Made by a program: the position numbers and the translations under genes
The notes under the pieces: generated by a model
Database searches by the model: none
What the model was told of the DNA's origin: nothing
What the model saw: only the letters and a program-made list of their open reading frames with translations
In this document: in pieces, positions 1 through 9,456 of the stretch
Position numbering within the stretch: the first letter of the stretch is position 1
Layout: every line of letters begins with the position of its first letter
Source of the DNA: Silvanigrellaceae bacterium
Lineage (GTDB): Bacteria > Bdellovibrionota_B > Oligoflexia > Silvanigrellales > Silvanigrellaceae
Direction of reading: 5' to 3'
Length of the DNA: 59,505 nt
Assembly (NCBI GenBank): GCA_049423385.1
Contig: JBMSQQ010000007.1
Span: forward strand, 1-59,505

Positions 1-1599
1 AATTCCGGAAATCAACTCACATATACGCTGAGACCTGATGTCCATACCGGATTTTCAGACCAGATTTCCTATCAAGTCTGCCAAACGACTTATTCCAACA
101 TTTGTTCCGAGACCAAAACTGTTTCCATCGCAGTCATCGCAACAAACGATCCCACGACAGTTTCATCATTGACCATCGATTCGAACACACCTCCATTGAA
201 GTTGACTGGCGCTGCTCAGGGCTCAAAAACATTTCCAATAGAATTTACAATTGCTGACAGCGACACCGCGGTGACCTGTGCCGTTGATGTCACTGCAACC
301 TCCTCAAACCCGGCTTTGTTTCCTGTTCCAACAATCGCAGGTGCAGCACAATCATGTTCATTCAATCTTGTCTCGGCCAACGGCTCATCAGGTGACTCGG
401 ACATCCAATTGAAGATAGGATCCACAGCGCTCAAACTCAACGAAACAGACGAAACATCGTTCCGAGCAACAGTGCTCGCATTGGATGGCGCCAACAAGGC
501 CATTCACCTGTGTGCTGGCACAACACAGAGCATTTCCATTCGTCCAGATGAAGTTTCTGATCCAATTCAGGGAATTGCACAATGCAAGGATTATGTGGCA
601 ACCGGATGGGACGCAACAGCGGCACTCGATTCGAGCAAATTCTTCAGCAGCATCAACAACAGCCAGCTGCCCGACCCGCGCAAATACTGCACCGGTCTCA
701 AACTCTTTGGATACCAAGGCATGGCCTATTGCGGAGCAGGCAAGGATCCGCTGAATCTGCATCGAACCGTTGGCACACTGGCTTTGAACAGCTCAACGAC
801 TCCAGGTAGCGATTACCGTCTGTTTCCGGACCCTGCCAAAGACCACGACGCACAGACGGTGGGCTCTTCAGGGGTCACCAAATTGGGGACACGCCCGGCA
901 AATGTCTGCGGCACCTCGGGTGCGTTGGAAGCGCGCATTGCTGCTTGCGCAAATGCCAATGGAAGCTTGTCTTACTGGGATGGCTCTGTGAAAGGAAATG
1001 CAGGGCAAGCACTTTGGCGACTGGTCACGGTCAAGCCTGTCAGCGGTTCAGACTGCGCCTCAGGTTGCACCGAAGTCTGGCGCGACGAACGCACAGGATT
1101 ACTCTGGAGTGACGTCATCGTCGACAGCAGTGTTACTCCCATTGAAACCTGGAATTGGTGCAAGGCCTCAGGCAACAGCAATGCCCTAAGCAACCCACCA
1201 AGTAAAGAAGATGATCAGGATTCTGGGGTCTCAGTGCGTTGCGCAGACGCCACACATCAGGGCCAGGATGACACAGGTGCAAACATGCCAACGAGCCTCT
1301 GCACCGACGACGCAGCATTCAAGACTCTCGACTCGCGTCAAAAACTCTCGCACGGTGAACTGGATCTCACAAGCAGTCCAAAGATTCGATGGTGGCTTCC
1401 CACACGGAGCGAATGGCTACGGGCTGAGCGCAATGGCTTGCGTTTTGTTTTGCCAAACATGGCAAGTGAATTTTGGACTGCGACAGTCAACAGTGCCGAC
1501 TCGACAAAGGCATGGATATTTGATGGCAGCACAGGCGGAAAACTTGCCTCGGCGGCACGCACCGACAGCAAAAAAGTCAGATGTGTGGGGTCGCCATGA
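1..1599 (+). CDS. 5'-truncated surface protein: cadherin/Big_9-like Ig repeats plus C-terminal DUF1566 (Lcl-type) domain
   Basis: Frame 1 is open from base 1 (NSGNQLTYTLRPDVHTGFSDQISYQVC...VIATNDP, a tandem-95/Big_9-like pattern), so the gene begins before the window. The C-terminus has DUF1566-style motifs VWRDERTGLLWS, WWLPTRSEW, FWTAT...AWIF...VRCV. Confidence 0.75.
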   Translation, partial: NSGNQLTYTLRPDVHTGFSDQISYQVCQTTYSNICSETKTVSIAVIATNDPTTVSSLTIDSNTPPLKLTGAAQGSKTFPIEFTIADSDTAVTCAVDVTATSSNPALFPVPTIAGAAQSCSFNLVSANGSSGDSDIQLKIGSTALKLNETDETSFRATVLALDGANKAIHLCAGTTQSISIRPDEVSDPIQGIAQCKDYVATGWDATAALDSSKFFSSINNSQLPDPRKYCTGLKLFGYQGMAYCGAGKDPLNLHRTVGTLALNSSTTPGSDYRLFPDPAKDHDAQTVGSSGVTKLGTRPANVCGTSGALEARIAACANANGSLSYWDGSVKGNAGQALWRLVTVKPVSGSDCASGCTEVWRDERTGLLWSDVIVDSSVTPIETWNWCKASGNSNALSNPPSKEDDQDSGVSVRCADATHQGQDDTGANMPTSLCTDDAAFKTLDSRQKLSHGELDLTSSPKIRWWLPTRSEWLRAERNGLRFVLPNMASEFWTATVNSADSTKAWIFDGSTGGKLASAARTDSKKVRCVGSP

Positions 1600-2744
1600 T
1601 GAAACACAAACCAAACTCAAAAACGACGATCAAAATTACTACGCAAGTTGGAATTTTTGTGGCTGTGGTGGGAACCTTGGTACTTCTCTCCAAAGCAAGG
1701 GCGCTTGATGCAAATGGCGTTTGCAAGCAGCAAACAATTTTTGGCTTGGTCGGAACGAAATCCTGTGTCGGTCAGGACGATGGGTCTGGAACAGTTCCTA
1801 CACCAACAGATCTCACTACCGTAGATTCTTTACCTTCAATTTCATCATCAGCACCCAAGATTTTCAATACTCCCTCACCCACCATTGATTACACTAAAAT
1901 CTGCTCGAATCAGTATCTCTTGGGACGAGTGGGCGAAGGAACTTGCGCGGCTCGGATCTCACTCAATCATCTCGACAAAAGCGGCACACCTTCGAATCTG
2001 AATGAAAACTTTTCTACAGCAGCACCAAATGGCCGTCTGGTGCCGAAAGTGAAAGACGACGACGGCGAAAGCGGAACCAACGTTACAAAATTCGACCGTA
2101 CGGGTTTGAAAGTCTGTGGCACCGATGTAAGCAAAAACACATTGGCATTAAAAATCGCAGATTGCTCTGCACAAAACACAACGTCAAATTGGCTCGGCTC
2201 CAACGGCAACTCGGGACACGGAAACTGGACGTTGGTGATGGCCAGTGATGGCGCAAGCACCGATGGAACAGCGTGTGTCACGTGCAAAGAAATCTGGCGC
2301 GACGATCGCACAGGTTTGTTGTGGTCGGATCGCCTTGCAACGGATCAAAACTGGTGCAAGGCAAGTGGCGCAAACTTAGGAACTGTTTGTTCAAACACAA
2401 CCAATCAACCATCTCCACCTGAAAGCCTGTGCGCAGAGGATGGAACCCGGAACACCTCAAACACATACAACGTCGCCAAGGGCAACATGCTTCTGGGATC
2501 AGCCAATCAGAAAGTCCGTTGGTGGCTGCCAACTCGTTACGATTGGATGGAGGCCGAGGAAAACGGAATCCGTTTCGTCCTGCCCAACATCACGGCAAAC
2601 TTCTGGACGTCATCAGCTGACTCTGCAAATTTAACGCAAGCTTGGATTTTTAAAAACGCAGCCGGCGCAGGTGGTGCGTTAGACACACTCGACATGCTGA
2701 ATGAGACAACTTCAACCCGTTGCATTGGCCAGGCAATCCCTTGA
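1596..2744 (+). CDS. Secreted or membrane-anchored DUF1566 (Lcl-type) protein, paralogous to the upstream gene's C-terminal half
   Basis: ATGA overlap with the upstream stop (1596-1599). N-terminal hydrophobic segment. Motifs IWRDDRTGLLWS, WWLPTRYDW, FWTSS...AWIF...RCIG. Confidence 0.75.
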   Translation: MMKHKPNSKTTIKITTQVGIFVAVVGTLVLLSKARALDANGVCKQQTIFGLVGTKSCVGQDDGSGTVPTPTDLTTVDSLPSISSSAPKIFNTPSPTIDYTKICSNQYLLGRVGEGTCAARISLNHLDKSGTPSNLNENFSTAAPNGRLVPKVKDDDGESGTNVTKFDRTGLKVCGTDVSKNTLALKIADCSAQNTTSNWLGSNGNSGHGNWTLVMASDGASTDGTACVTCKEIWRDDRTGLLWSDRLATDQNWCKASGANLGTVCSNTTNQPSPPESLCAEDGTRNTSNTYNVAKGNMLLGSANQKVRWWLPTRYDWMEAEENGIRFVLPNITANFWTSSADSANLTQAWIFKNAAGAGGALDTLDMLNETTSTRCIGQAIP

Positions 2745-2756
2745 AGGAATATCAAC

Positions 2757-3392
2757 ATGCGAAACATCATTTTTCAAATCAAAATTGCCACCACCTCCTC
2801 ACTCACACTCCTCCCACTTTCGGCCTGCAGCCCAGGCTCGTCCTACACAACAGAAAACAAGAACCAGCAGCCGACCAAAACCGCAAACGCACAATCGGAA
2901 AATGTTGTCGCCACCAGCTCTCCTCAACCCGTGGCGTCACCGGCAAAGTCTCCCGAGGCAACAGCCACACCCAAAGTTCCACCCTATGGCTCATGCACAA
3001 ACCCATGCTCGGGCGCGGAGAAAGTTTTTCTCAACAGCACTTACAACAAGTGGATGAAGGTGGTGATGTGTTCGCCCACGCGCTACGACATCCTCATGAG
3101 CGAAAGTCAAAACGGTCCGTTCTATAAAATCGGCGACACAGGTGGTCACGGCCAAGATCATTGCGAGTTGGTCAACAACAACTTCGCAGTTTTGAAATCT
3201 GACGACGACGTGAAAAGCGGAAATTGCCCCACCTGCAACGTTGCCTCTGCCGGCTCGGTGACAGGACTTCCAGACCTGTTCGGCAAAAAAATCTTTCACC
3301 GGTCGAAAATGGGAGAACAGTTCACATTTGAAGATGCCACCAGGTGGGGAATCCACACGTCCTGCTGGTACGAATGCGGTGTGAGTTTTTAA
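2757..3392 (+). CDS. Lipoprotein with Pro/Ala/Thr linker and Cys-rich C-terminal domain resembling ABI3BP/FNDC1 (TARSH_C)
   Basis: AAGGA RBS; lipobox LSAC; low-complexity linker; motif YNKW.KVVMC...RYDI.MS...GPFYKIGD..GHGQDHCELV. Confidence 0.65.
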   Translation: MRNIIFQIKIATTSSLTLLPLSACSPGSSYTTENKNQQPTKTANAQSENVVATSSPQPVASPAKSPEATATPKVPPYGSCTNPCSGAEKVFLNSTYNKWMKVVMCSPTRYDILMSESQNGPFYKIGDTGGHGQDHCELVNNNFAVLKSDDDVKSGNCPTCNVASAGSVTGLPDLFGKKIFHRSKMGEQFTFEDATRWGIHTSCWYECGVSF

Positions 3393-3416
3393 TCATCCGA
3401 ACCATCGGCTGAGTTA

Positions 3417-4832
3417 TCATGAACCAAACAAAACGCCCAACGACTGCAACTGCGCCACAAATGCCGGTGCAGTCTTCTGCATGCAGGCCGGATGCAAAAC
3501 CCGGACTTTTGAAGCCCATGCCGAAAGCACAATGCCACTCAATGCAAAGCGGTGATCGTTGTGGGTTGGCCAATCTCCCGTCAACAGATTTGCCGACACA
3601 GACGAACGCACTCTGAATCCATCCGGCAGTTCATCCACTTCGATACCGAGTGACCGACAATTGCTGCAGAACGAGCCGATGCGGTCGGACTCGTGATGAC
3701 GAATGTGCGCCACCCCATGAACTTCCACCGGCACGCCAGTGATAATTCCCATGACACCGACCGTGAGAGCCTGATCGCTGCAACGCGACAAATCCAATTT
3801 CAACGCTGACGTCGACTTTACCCGTCCGCGGGAACCCGTCACCCGAAAAGCATGATGTTGAACTTCAACATCGAAACCAAACTGGCGCAGAATGGAGATG
3901 AATTCGAAGTCTGGTTGCACCGTGCTGCTGCCCAGATTCTCGACCTCGACATCCACACCCAACACACACGCCAATGCTGCGTAATAGCAAGCTGTCGACG
4001 CATCTGCTTCAACCCGATACAAAGACGGCGGATTCCATTCGGCATTGTGAACCGTGAATTTTTCAAACCCGGTATCAACATCAACCCTGGCTCCAAAGTC
4101 GGCGAGCATCTGCAGTGTCATGCGCACGTAGTCGGGTTGAACCAATTTTTCAGAACGACTGATTTGGCAATGGTATCGAGATCCCGCAGCAGCAAGCAAA
4201 ACACCACTCAAAAACTGGCCTGAAGTGGAACTGTCGACCCTGCAATGACCACGCAACGACGACACCGAGACCGACAATGGAAATGCTTTTCCATCGGAAA
4301 CTTCGAAGCTGCCTCCCAATTCACGCAACGCCGAAATCAGCGGAGACAGTGGTCTGCGCGCCAGTTGCTCATCAGCCGTCACGACAAAGGATCGCAAATT
4401 CGAATCGGGATAAACCCTTTGCCAATTGAGCAAAGCCGCCGGCAGAAAACGCCCCAAAGTGCCTGCCTGCCCCACATGAACCAGCACGGATTGTGCGTCG
4501 TGTGGGGATTTTTTTCGAGCGGGCTGAGGAGGACGGATTCCAATGGACCGCGGCATTTCAAGCAAATCCAACTCAAATCCCAGCTGATTGAGAGCCAGGA
4601 ATCCCCACCAGGTGTCGTCGGCGAGGAGTGGAGCCTCGAGGGTCAATGGCTTGCCCGACAGCATGGCCAGAACAACTGCACGATTGGTCACGCTCTTGGA
4701 ACCCGGAATCGAAACACGCCATTTCTTTTGAGTACAACCAGCAACCCGCAAACCTTGCTTCAGCTGCTCGGGTAACTGTGCCTCAAAAAGCGAGCGCACT
4801 TCGTGCAAGTTTGAGCGTGTGTCCATTTTCAC
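3417..4832 (-). CDS. aroA: 3-phosphoshikimate 1-carboxyvinyltransferase (EPSP synthase)
   Basis: Motifs PGSKSVTNR, GQAGTLGRF, SSTSGQF, RHHESDRI, NDHRFA, KTAP; GAGGAG RBS. Confidence 0.93.
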   Translation of the reverse strand: MKMDTRSNLHEVRSLFEAQLPEQLKQGLRVAGCTQKKWRVSIPGSKSVTNRAVVLAMLSGKPLTLEAPLLADDTWWGFLALNQLGFELDLLEMPRSIGIRPPQPARKKSPHDAQSVLVHVGQAGTLGRFLPAALLNWQRVYPDSNLRSFVVTADEQLARRPLSPLISALRELGGSFEVSDGKAFPLSVSVSSLRGHCRVDSSTSGQFLSGVLLAAAGSRYHCQISRSEKLVQPDYVRMTLQMLADFGARVDVDTGFEKFTVHNAEWNPPSLYRVEADASTACYYAALACVLGVDVEVENLGSSTVQPDFEFISILRQFGFDVEVQHHAFRVTGSRGRVKSTSALKLDLSRCSDQALTVGVMGIITGVPVEVHGVAHIRHHESDRIGSFCSNCRSLGIEVDELPDGFRVRSSVSANLLTGDWPTHNDHRFALSGIVLSAWASKVRVLHPACMQKTAPAFVAQLQSLGVLFGS

Positions 4833-4873
4833 AAACCCTCCTCAATCTTGCTCGAAATGCAAGTGCAAATGCT

Positions 4874-5542
4874 TCAGGGATTGAGAACCTTGATGCCGTC
4901 TGGAGACTTTATGAGACTCGCTTCTGTGCAGGCTTGCAGTTCTTCAAAGCTGAGGCCAGGGATGATTTCCGTGACCACCAACCCTTCGGGCGTGACCACC
5001 ATCGCGGCTCTGTCTGAAATGATTTTTTTCACACAGCGCTTGCCCGTGAGCGGCAATTTGCACTGCTTGAGAATTTTCGGACTTCCATCAGGAGCACAGT
5101 GCTGCATGACAACCACAACATTCGGCGAACCTGCAACAAGATCCATGGCACCACCCATGCCCTTGACCATCTTGCCTGGAATCATCCAGTTGGCGATATC
5201 GCCCTGCTCGGAAACTTCCATCGCACCAAGAACGGTCAAGTCGATGTGCCCGCCACGGATCATCGCAAAGGAATCAGCGGACGAAAAAATCGCAGCTCCC
5301 GGTGTCAGTGTCACCGTCTGCTTGCCGGCATTGATGAGGTCGGCACGTTCAAATCCAGCCTCAGGAAATGGGCCCATGCCCAAAATTCCGTTTTCGGATT
5401 GCAGGGTGATGTTCATTTCGGGTTTGATCTCATTGGCAACCAAGGTGGGAATTCCGATCCCAAGGTTCACGTACATGCCAGGTCGCAACTCGGCGGCAGC
5501 GCGTCGGGCCAATTGCTCGCGGGACAAAAGTTTGAGTGTCAT
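4874..5542 (-). CDS. scoB: 3-oxoacid CoA-transferase subunit B
   Basis: YVNLGIGIPT, catalytic QSENG, GMGGAMDLV. Confidence 0.95.
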   Translation of the reverse strand: MTLKLLSREQLARRAAAELRPGMYVNLGIGIPTLVANEIKPEMNITLQSENGILGMGPFPEAGFERADLINAGKQTVTLTPGAAIFSSADSFAMIRGGHIDLTVLGAMEVSEQGDIANWMIPGKMVKGMGGAMDLVAGSPNVVVVMQHCAPDGSPKILKQCKLPLTGKRCVKKIISDRAAMVVTPEGLVVTEIIPGLSFEELQACTEASLIKSPDGIKVLNP

Positions 5543-5562
5543 GTTCTTCTTTTCTCCGTTGT

Positions 5563-6276
5563 TCAGGCGCGAGGTTGAACGGTGCGCTGTTCAATGCGTT
5601 TTTCGTAGCCACGACCCAGCAGCAATCGCTTGACGTAGACGCCGGGCGTGTGAATCGCCAGAGGATTCAGCTCTCCCTCGCCGACCAATTCCTCAACTTC
5701 AGCAATCGTCACTTTTGCTGCGGTTGCCATCATCGGATTGAAGTTCATTGCCGTCATGTTGTACTGCAGATTTCCAAATGGGTCGGCACGCCATCCCTTG
5801 ATAAGTGCGAAATCAGCCTTGAGTGCCATTTCGAGCACGTATTCACGACCGTCGAAAATTTTTGTTTCCTTGCCCTCGGCAACGAGTGTTCCAACTCCTG
5901 TTGGAGTGTAGAATGCTGGAATTCCAGCCCCACCCGCACGAATACGCTCTGCCAATGTTCCTTGAGGAACAAGATCAACCTGCAATTTTCCGGACAAGAA
6001 CTGCTGCTCGAAGATTTTGTTTTCGCCAACATAGCTCGAAATCATTTTGCGAATTTGTCCGGTCTGCAATAATTTACCCAAACCAAAATCATCCACTCCG
6101 GCGTTGTTTGAAATGCACGTGAGGTCTTTCACACCCTTCACCCGCAAAGCTTCGATGAGGTGTTCGGGAATTCCACACAGGCCGAATCCGCCCACCATCA
6201 GCGTTGCGCCATCCTGAATATCGGCAATTGCTTCAAGAGCAGTCTCAAAAAGTTTTGATTTTTGTTTTGAGCTCAT
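5563..6276 (-). CDS. scoA: 3-oxoacid CoA-transferase subunit A
   Basis: GGFGLCGIP, ISNNAG, PQGTLAERIRAGGAGIP; adjacent to subunit B. Confidence 0.95.
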   Translation of the reverse strand: MSSKQKSKLFETALEAIADIQDGATLMVGGFGLCGIPEHLIEALRVKGVKDLTCISNNAGVDDFGLGKLLQTGQIRKMISSYVGENKIFEQQFLSGKLQVDLVPQGTLAERIRAGGAGIPAFYTPTGVGTLVAEGKETKIFDGREYVLEMALKADFALIKGWRADPFGNLQYNMTAMNFNPMMATAAKVTIAEVEELVGEGELNPLAIHTPGVYVKRLLLGRGYEKRIEQRTVQPRA

Positions 6277-7613
6277 TGCGCCATCACCTCGCGCAATCGG
6301 TTGCCATTCTTTTTCACGAACACTCGAAGTCCACCAATGGCAAATCCGGCGAAGGCTCCCAGGAAGGCTCCCAGGACAAGCGCTATCTTGCGTTTGCTGA
6401 TGGGCTCTTCAAGAGTCAAAGCAGCGCCATTGAGGCTTGCTGAAACGAGAGTCGGCATCATTGCCAACGATGAATTTCCACGTGCCGAATCCTTGCTTCC
6501 AAGACGACGATGACCCGGAACAGCATTGGCCTTTTGTGCTTCACGTCGTGCCAAGGGCAAAAGTTGGAAAATTTCGTCCCGGATTTGTTGCGCACGTTGA
6601 ACGGTATCCCTGGCCTCATCCGCCTTCATTCTTCCTTCGGCCAGAAGCAATGCGACCAGGCGCTGCATGCGCTCGTATTGCGCCTGCACCACAAACTGCT
6701 CCTGAACTTCGGCAACTCCACCTTCGCTTGCGGCAAGATTCAAATTCAGCGACTTCATGTCGCCATCGGCGGCTGCCATGAAACTCGCATACTCCGGCAA
6801 CGTGCGCGAAAGCTTGTTCAACAAAAATTCAATTTTCAAATAATCCTGTTTTGCCCGCAGTAATTGATCACGGAATTCATCGATGGGTTCAATTGGACTT
6901 CCACCTGCGGCACCCGCTGCACCCGCGCTTGCCGCAGCATTTGCTGAAGTCGCCGGTGCCTTGCCGTTCGCTGAACCTTTTTCGCTTTCCGCTGCCGCAT
7001 TGCCGGACATGACGTGCTGTATGGCTGCGGCAAAAAGATCGCCCGAGCGCGAAGTCAGGCCCTGGATCGGCAGATTGACGTCCAGAATGAAATCCCTGGG
7101 GCTGGCAGATTCACGCAAGCGCAACGGAGATTTTTCGGGATTTGCGCTCAGAGCCTGAGTGGCGGCCAACGATTCATCAGTGATGTTGGCATCGCGCAGG
7201 ACTCGGCCCAGCTCCGGAGACTGGTTCAACACCGAACGCCAGACCGAACGGGCGGTTTCAGCTGAATTCAAGCTGGCATTGAACGCCTCGACAAACTTTT
7301 TCGGATCGACCAACGCCGGCTCGGACTTTTCGAGCGACAGCGGAATCTGGGTTTTATAGTTAATCGGAAGAACCTTGAGCGCAACAAAAGCGCCGCCAAT
7401 CACGCCAACCACGACACCCAGAATGATCTCGAGTTTTATCTTCCAGAAAAACCCCAGCAGCTCCACAAGGTCGATCTCATCGGAGCTGTTTGGGTATCCA
7501 TGCATTTGATTGAGAGCCATCGTTCCGGAAGGATGGATGGCATTTGATGAGTTTTGGAAATGGTTGACCGGCCTGCCGTCGCTTGGGCCATCGGGCGACA
7601 ATGATTTCGACAT
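6273..7613 (-). CDS. Wzz/FepE-like polysaccharide co-polymerase (chain-length determinant), divergent
   Basis: N-terminal DEIDLVELLGFFWKIK plus TM1; periplasmic coiled coil; C-terminal EEPISKRKIALVLGAFLGAFAG TM2. Confidence 0.7.
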   Translation of the reverse strand: MSKSLSPDGPSDGRPVNHFQNSSNAIHPSGTMALNQMHGYPNSSDEIDLVELLGFFWKIKLEIILGVVVGVIGGAFVALKVLPINYKTQIPLSLEKSEPALVDPKKFVEAFNASLNSAETARSVWRSVLNQSPELGRVLRDANITDESLAATQALSANPEKSPLRLRESASPRDFILDVNLPIQGLTSRSGDLFAAAIQHVMSGNAAAESEKGSANGKAPATSANAAASAGAAGAAGGSPIEPIDEFRDQLLRAKQDYLKIEFLLNKLSRTLPEYASFMAAADGDMKSLNLNLAASEGGVAEVQEQFVVQAQYERMQRLVALLLAEGRMKADEARDTVQRAQQIRDEIFQLLPLARREAQKANAVPGHRRLGSKDSARGNSSLAMMPTLVSASLNGAALTLEEPISKRKIALVLGAFLGAFAGFAIGGLRVFVKKNGNRLREVMAQ

Positions 7614-7631
7614 TCGAACCTCGTTGGGACA

Positions 7632-8114
7632 TCAGCCTTGAAAGGGATTCATGAGTCCCATCTCATAGCAGAAATCTTTCACGACCGGCAATTTCCAGGC
7701 GACGAACTGTTCCACCAGGGTCTCGAGCTCAACCAACTCGGTTTTGATGAACTCACCGGCAGATTTACCAAGGTCGATGGATTCGAGCGATGGCAGTTCG
7801 ACCAGGAACCAGAGCTGCTCCTGCCCAAGATTATGGCGTTCAGGATGGCTGTTCCTCACTTCCGGCGGAAAAACATACCTTCGCCAGGCCCGCGACTGGC
7901 TGACGATCGTCACGAGTGAAGGATCAACCCCCAATTCTTCGTTCAGCTCGCGCAGAAGCGCATGCCGAACCGAGGCATCGGTCGACTCGATTCCACCCTG
8001 CACCGTTTGCCAAACTCCCACAGGCTTGCTGCGCAGACACCTGAGGTATTTGTTGCCAACCCTGACCAAAGCGGCAACGTTTGGACGAAAAGAACTGGTT
8101 TCATCGTTTGCCAT
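7632..8114 (-). CDS. rppH: RNA pyrophosphohydrolase-like Nudix hydrolase
   Basis: FRPNV, WQTVQGGIE...ALLRELNEELG Nudix box, GQEQLWFL, WKLPV. Start moved to ATG 8114, which has a GGAG RBS. Confidence 0.75.
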   Translation of the reverse strand: MANDETSSFRPNVAALVRVGNKYLRCLRSKPVGVWQTVQGGIESTDASVRHALLRELNEELGVDPSLVTIVSQSRAWRRYVFPPEVRNSHPERHNLGQEQLWFLVELPSLESIDLGKSAGEFIKTELVELETLVEQFVAWKLPVVKDFCYEMGLMNPFQG

Positions 8115-9456
8115 CTGCGCTCCTGACATTTGTTTCGGGGCGGAGAATCGCTGAAACCGCCTCAAGCGAATTTTCCATGAAACCCGGCCTCAATTCCACT
8201 TCCAGACAAAGAACGTACAACAGGTTTTTCTTCATTTTCCGGCGCACCGCGTCGTGACCCCACCAACGGCACAGGTCTTTCAATGACGTCACAACAACCC
8301 CCGGCTTTTCAAGCAAGGCAATCGCCTCCGGCGTCAGCGAACCATGATCTGACAAGTGCTGCGTGCTCTCGACGTTTGACAACTCCATGCTCAGATTGTC
8401 CTGGCTGCGCTGAAGATTCATGATCGTCGCGATGAATCTGTGTGGCCGAGCCAATCCTGTCAGCACGGAATAAGAGCCCATCAGAGCCCGGGCATCCACG
8501 GTCTCCAATACGAAACCATGAGCAGGAGAATTGTCATTGACCCGCGCCAGACGGGGTTGCTCAACTGCAAAAAACTCTGGTGTTTGTGTGCCGGTTAGCA
8601 TTCCGCCTTCAGACAGACTGGAGCGTGTGGAGGTAGCCATGCCAAGAACTTTTCGTGCTGCTTGGCAAAGTTCCTGAAATTCGGCGGCACGTCGGTCGTC
8701 CACAATTCGCGACCACACGACAAGATCGGCAGTTGGAAGAGAGGAAGACCACATTGTCCCTGGCCAGCCCATGCGGTACGGGCCAAAAGGCATCGCTGCG
8801 CGCGGAGCAGAGATGACAGTTGCGGGGTCCCATACAACGATATCCCGATGAACCGGAACGCTTGTTTGCGACAGGCCATCATCCAGGAGGACCACCAGAC
8901 GCGGCGCCTCGGATTTTCCATTTGACGTGTTTTGTCTCGCTTCAAGAAGTTTGCTCATTGCCTCGGCACGGTTGCTTGCCTGGGCGACCCAAACCGTTTG
9001 GTTGCGCTTGAGGGTGGTCCCAAGCACGAGCGCGTGTTCCAGACACTCATCCGAAAAGCCGGACGTCCACAGCCCCGCCGGGGGTGCAAACAAAAAGGCA
9101 TCGTCCTGACCAGACAATTGAATCAAGCTGCAAGAGCTTGTGCTCGCGCCATGACCTCGCGACAACACCGCAACATCGAATCCATCTTCGAGAGCCTTTC
9201 TTGCCAAGGCACGCACCACCGGAGATTTTCCCGTGCCGCCCACCGACACGTTTCCGATGGACACCATCCAAGGCTCCGTCCGGGAATGTGCTGAATTCTG
9301 TTTCATGCGTTTGCGCATCCGAAGCGAAGACGCGAATGCCCACAGCATGCTCAAGGGAATTCCAATCAGGATGCTGAAAATCATAAACAATGGCTGTCTT
9401 TTGCCCAATGGCAAATCCAATTGTCCGCGCAGATTTTCGCTCCAGGAGAGGCTCAT
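8101..9456 (-). CDS. lpxK: Tetraacyldisaccharide 4'-kinase
   Basis: SIGNVSVGGTGKSP P-loop, LSRGHG, LLDDG, PFGPYR, TSLKD; located next to msbA. Confidence 0.88.
   Translation of the reverse strand: MSLSWSENLRGQLDLPLGKRQPLFMIFSILIGIPLSMLWAFASSLRMRKRMKQNSAHSRTEPWMVSIGNVSVGGTGKSPVVRALARKALEDGFDVAVLSRGHGASTSSCSLIQLSGQDDAFLFAPPAGLWTSGFSDECLEHALVLGTTLKRNQTVWVAQASNRAEAMSKLLEARQNTSNGKSEAPRLVVLLDDGLSQTSVPVHRDIVVWDPATVISAPRAAMPFGPYRMGWPGTMWSSSLPTADLVVWSRIVDDRRAAEFQELCQAARKVLGMATSTRSSLSEGGMLTGTQTPEFFAVEQPRLARVNDNSPAHGFVLETVDARALMGSYSVLTGLARPHRFIATIMNLQRSQDNLSMELSNVESTQHLSDHGSLTPEAIALLEKPGVVVTSLKDLCRWWGHDAVRRKMKKNLLYVLCLEVELRPGFMENSLEAVSAILRPETNVRSADGKR

Noticed and set aside
1400..2744. Diversity-generating retroelement targeting the DUF1566 C-termini
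   Set aside because: No reverse transcriptase or template repeat in the window. The two 3' ends differ at all base types, not specifically at adenines.
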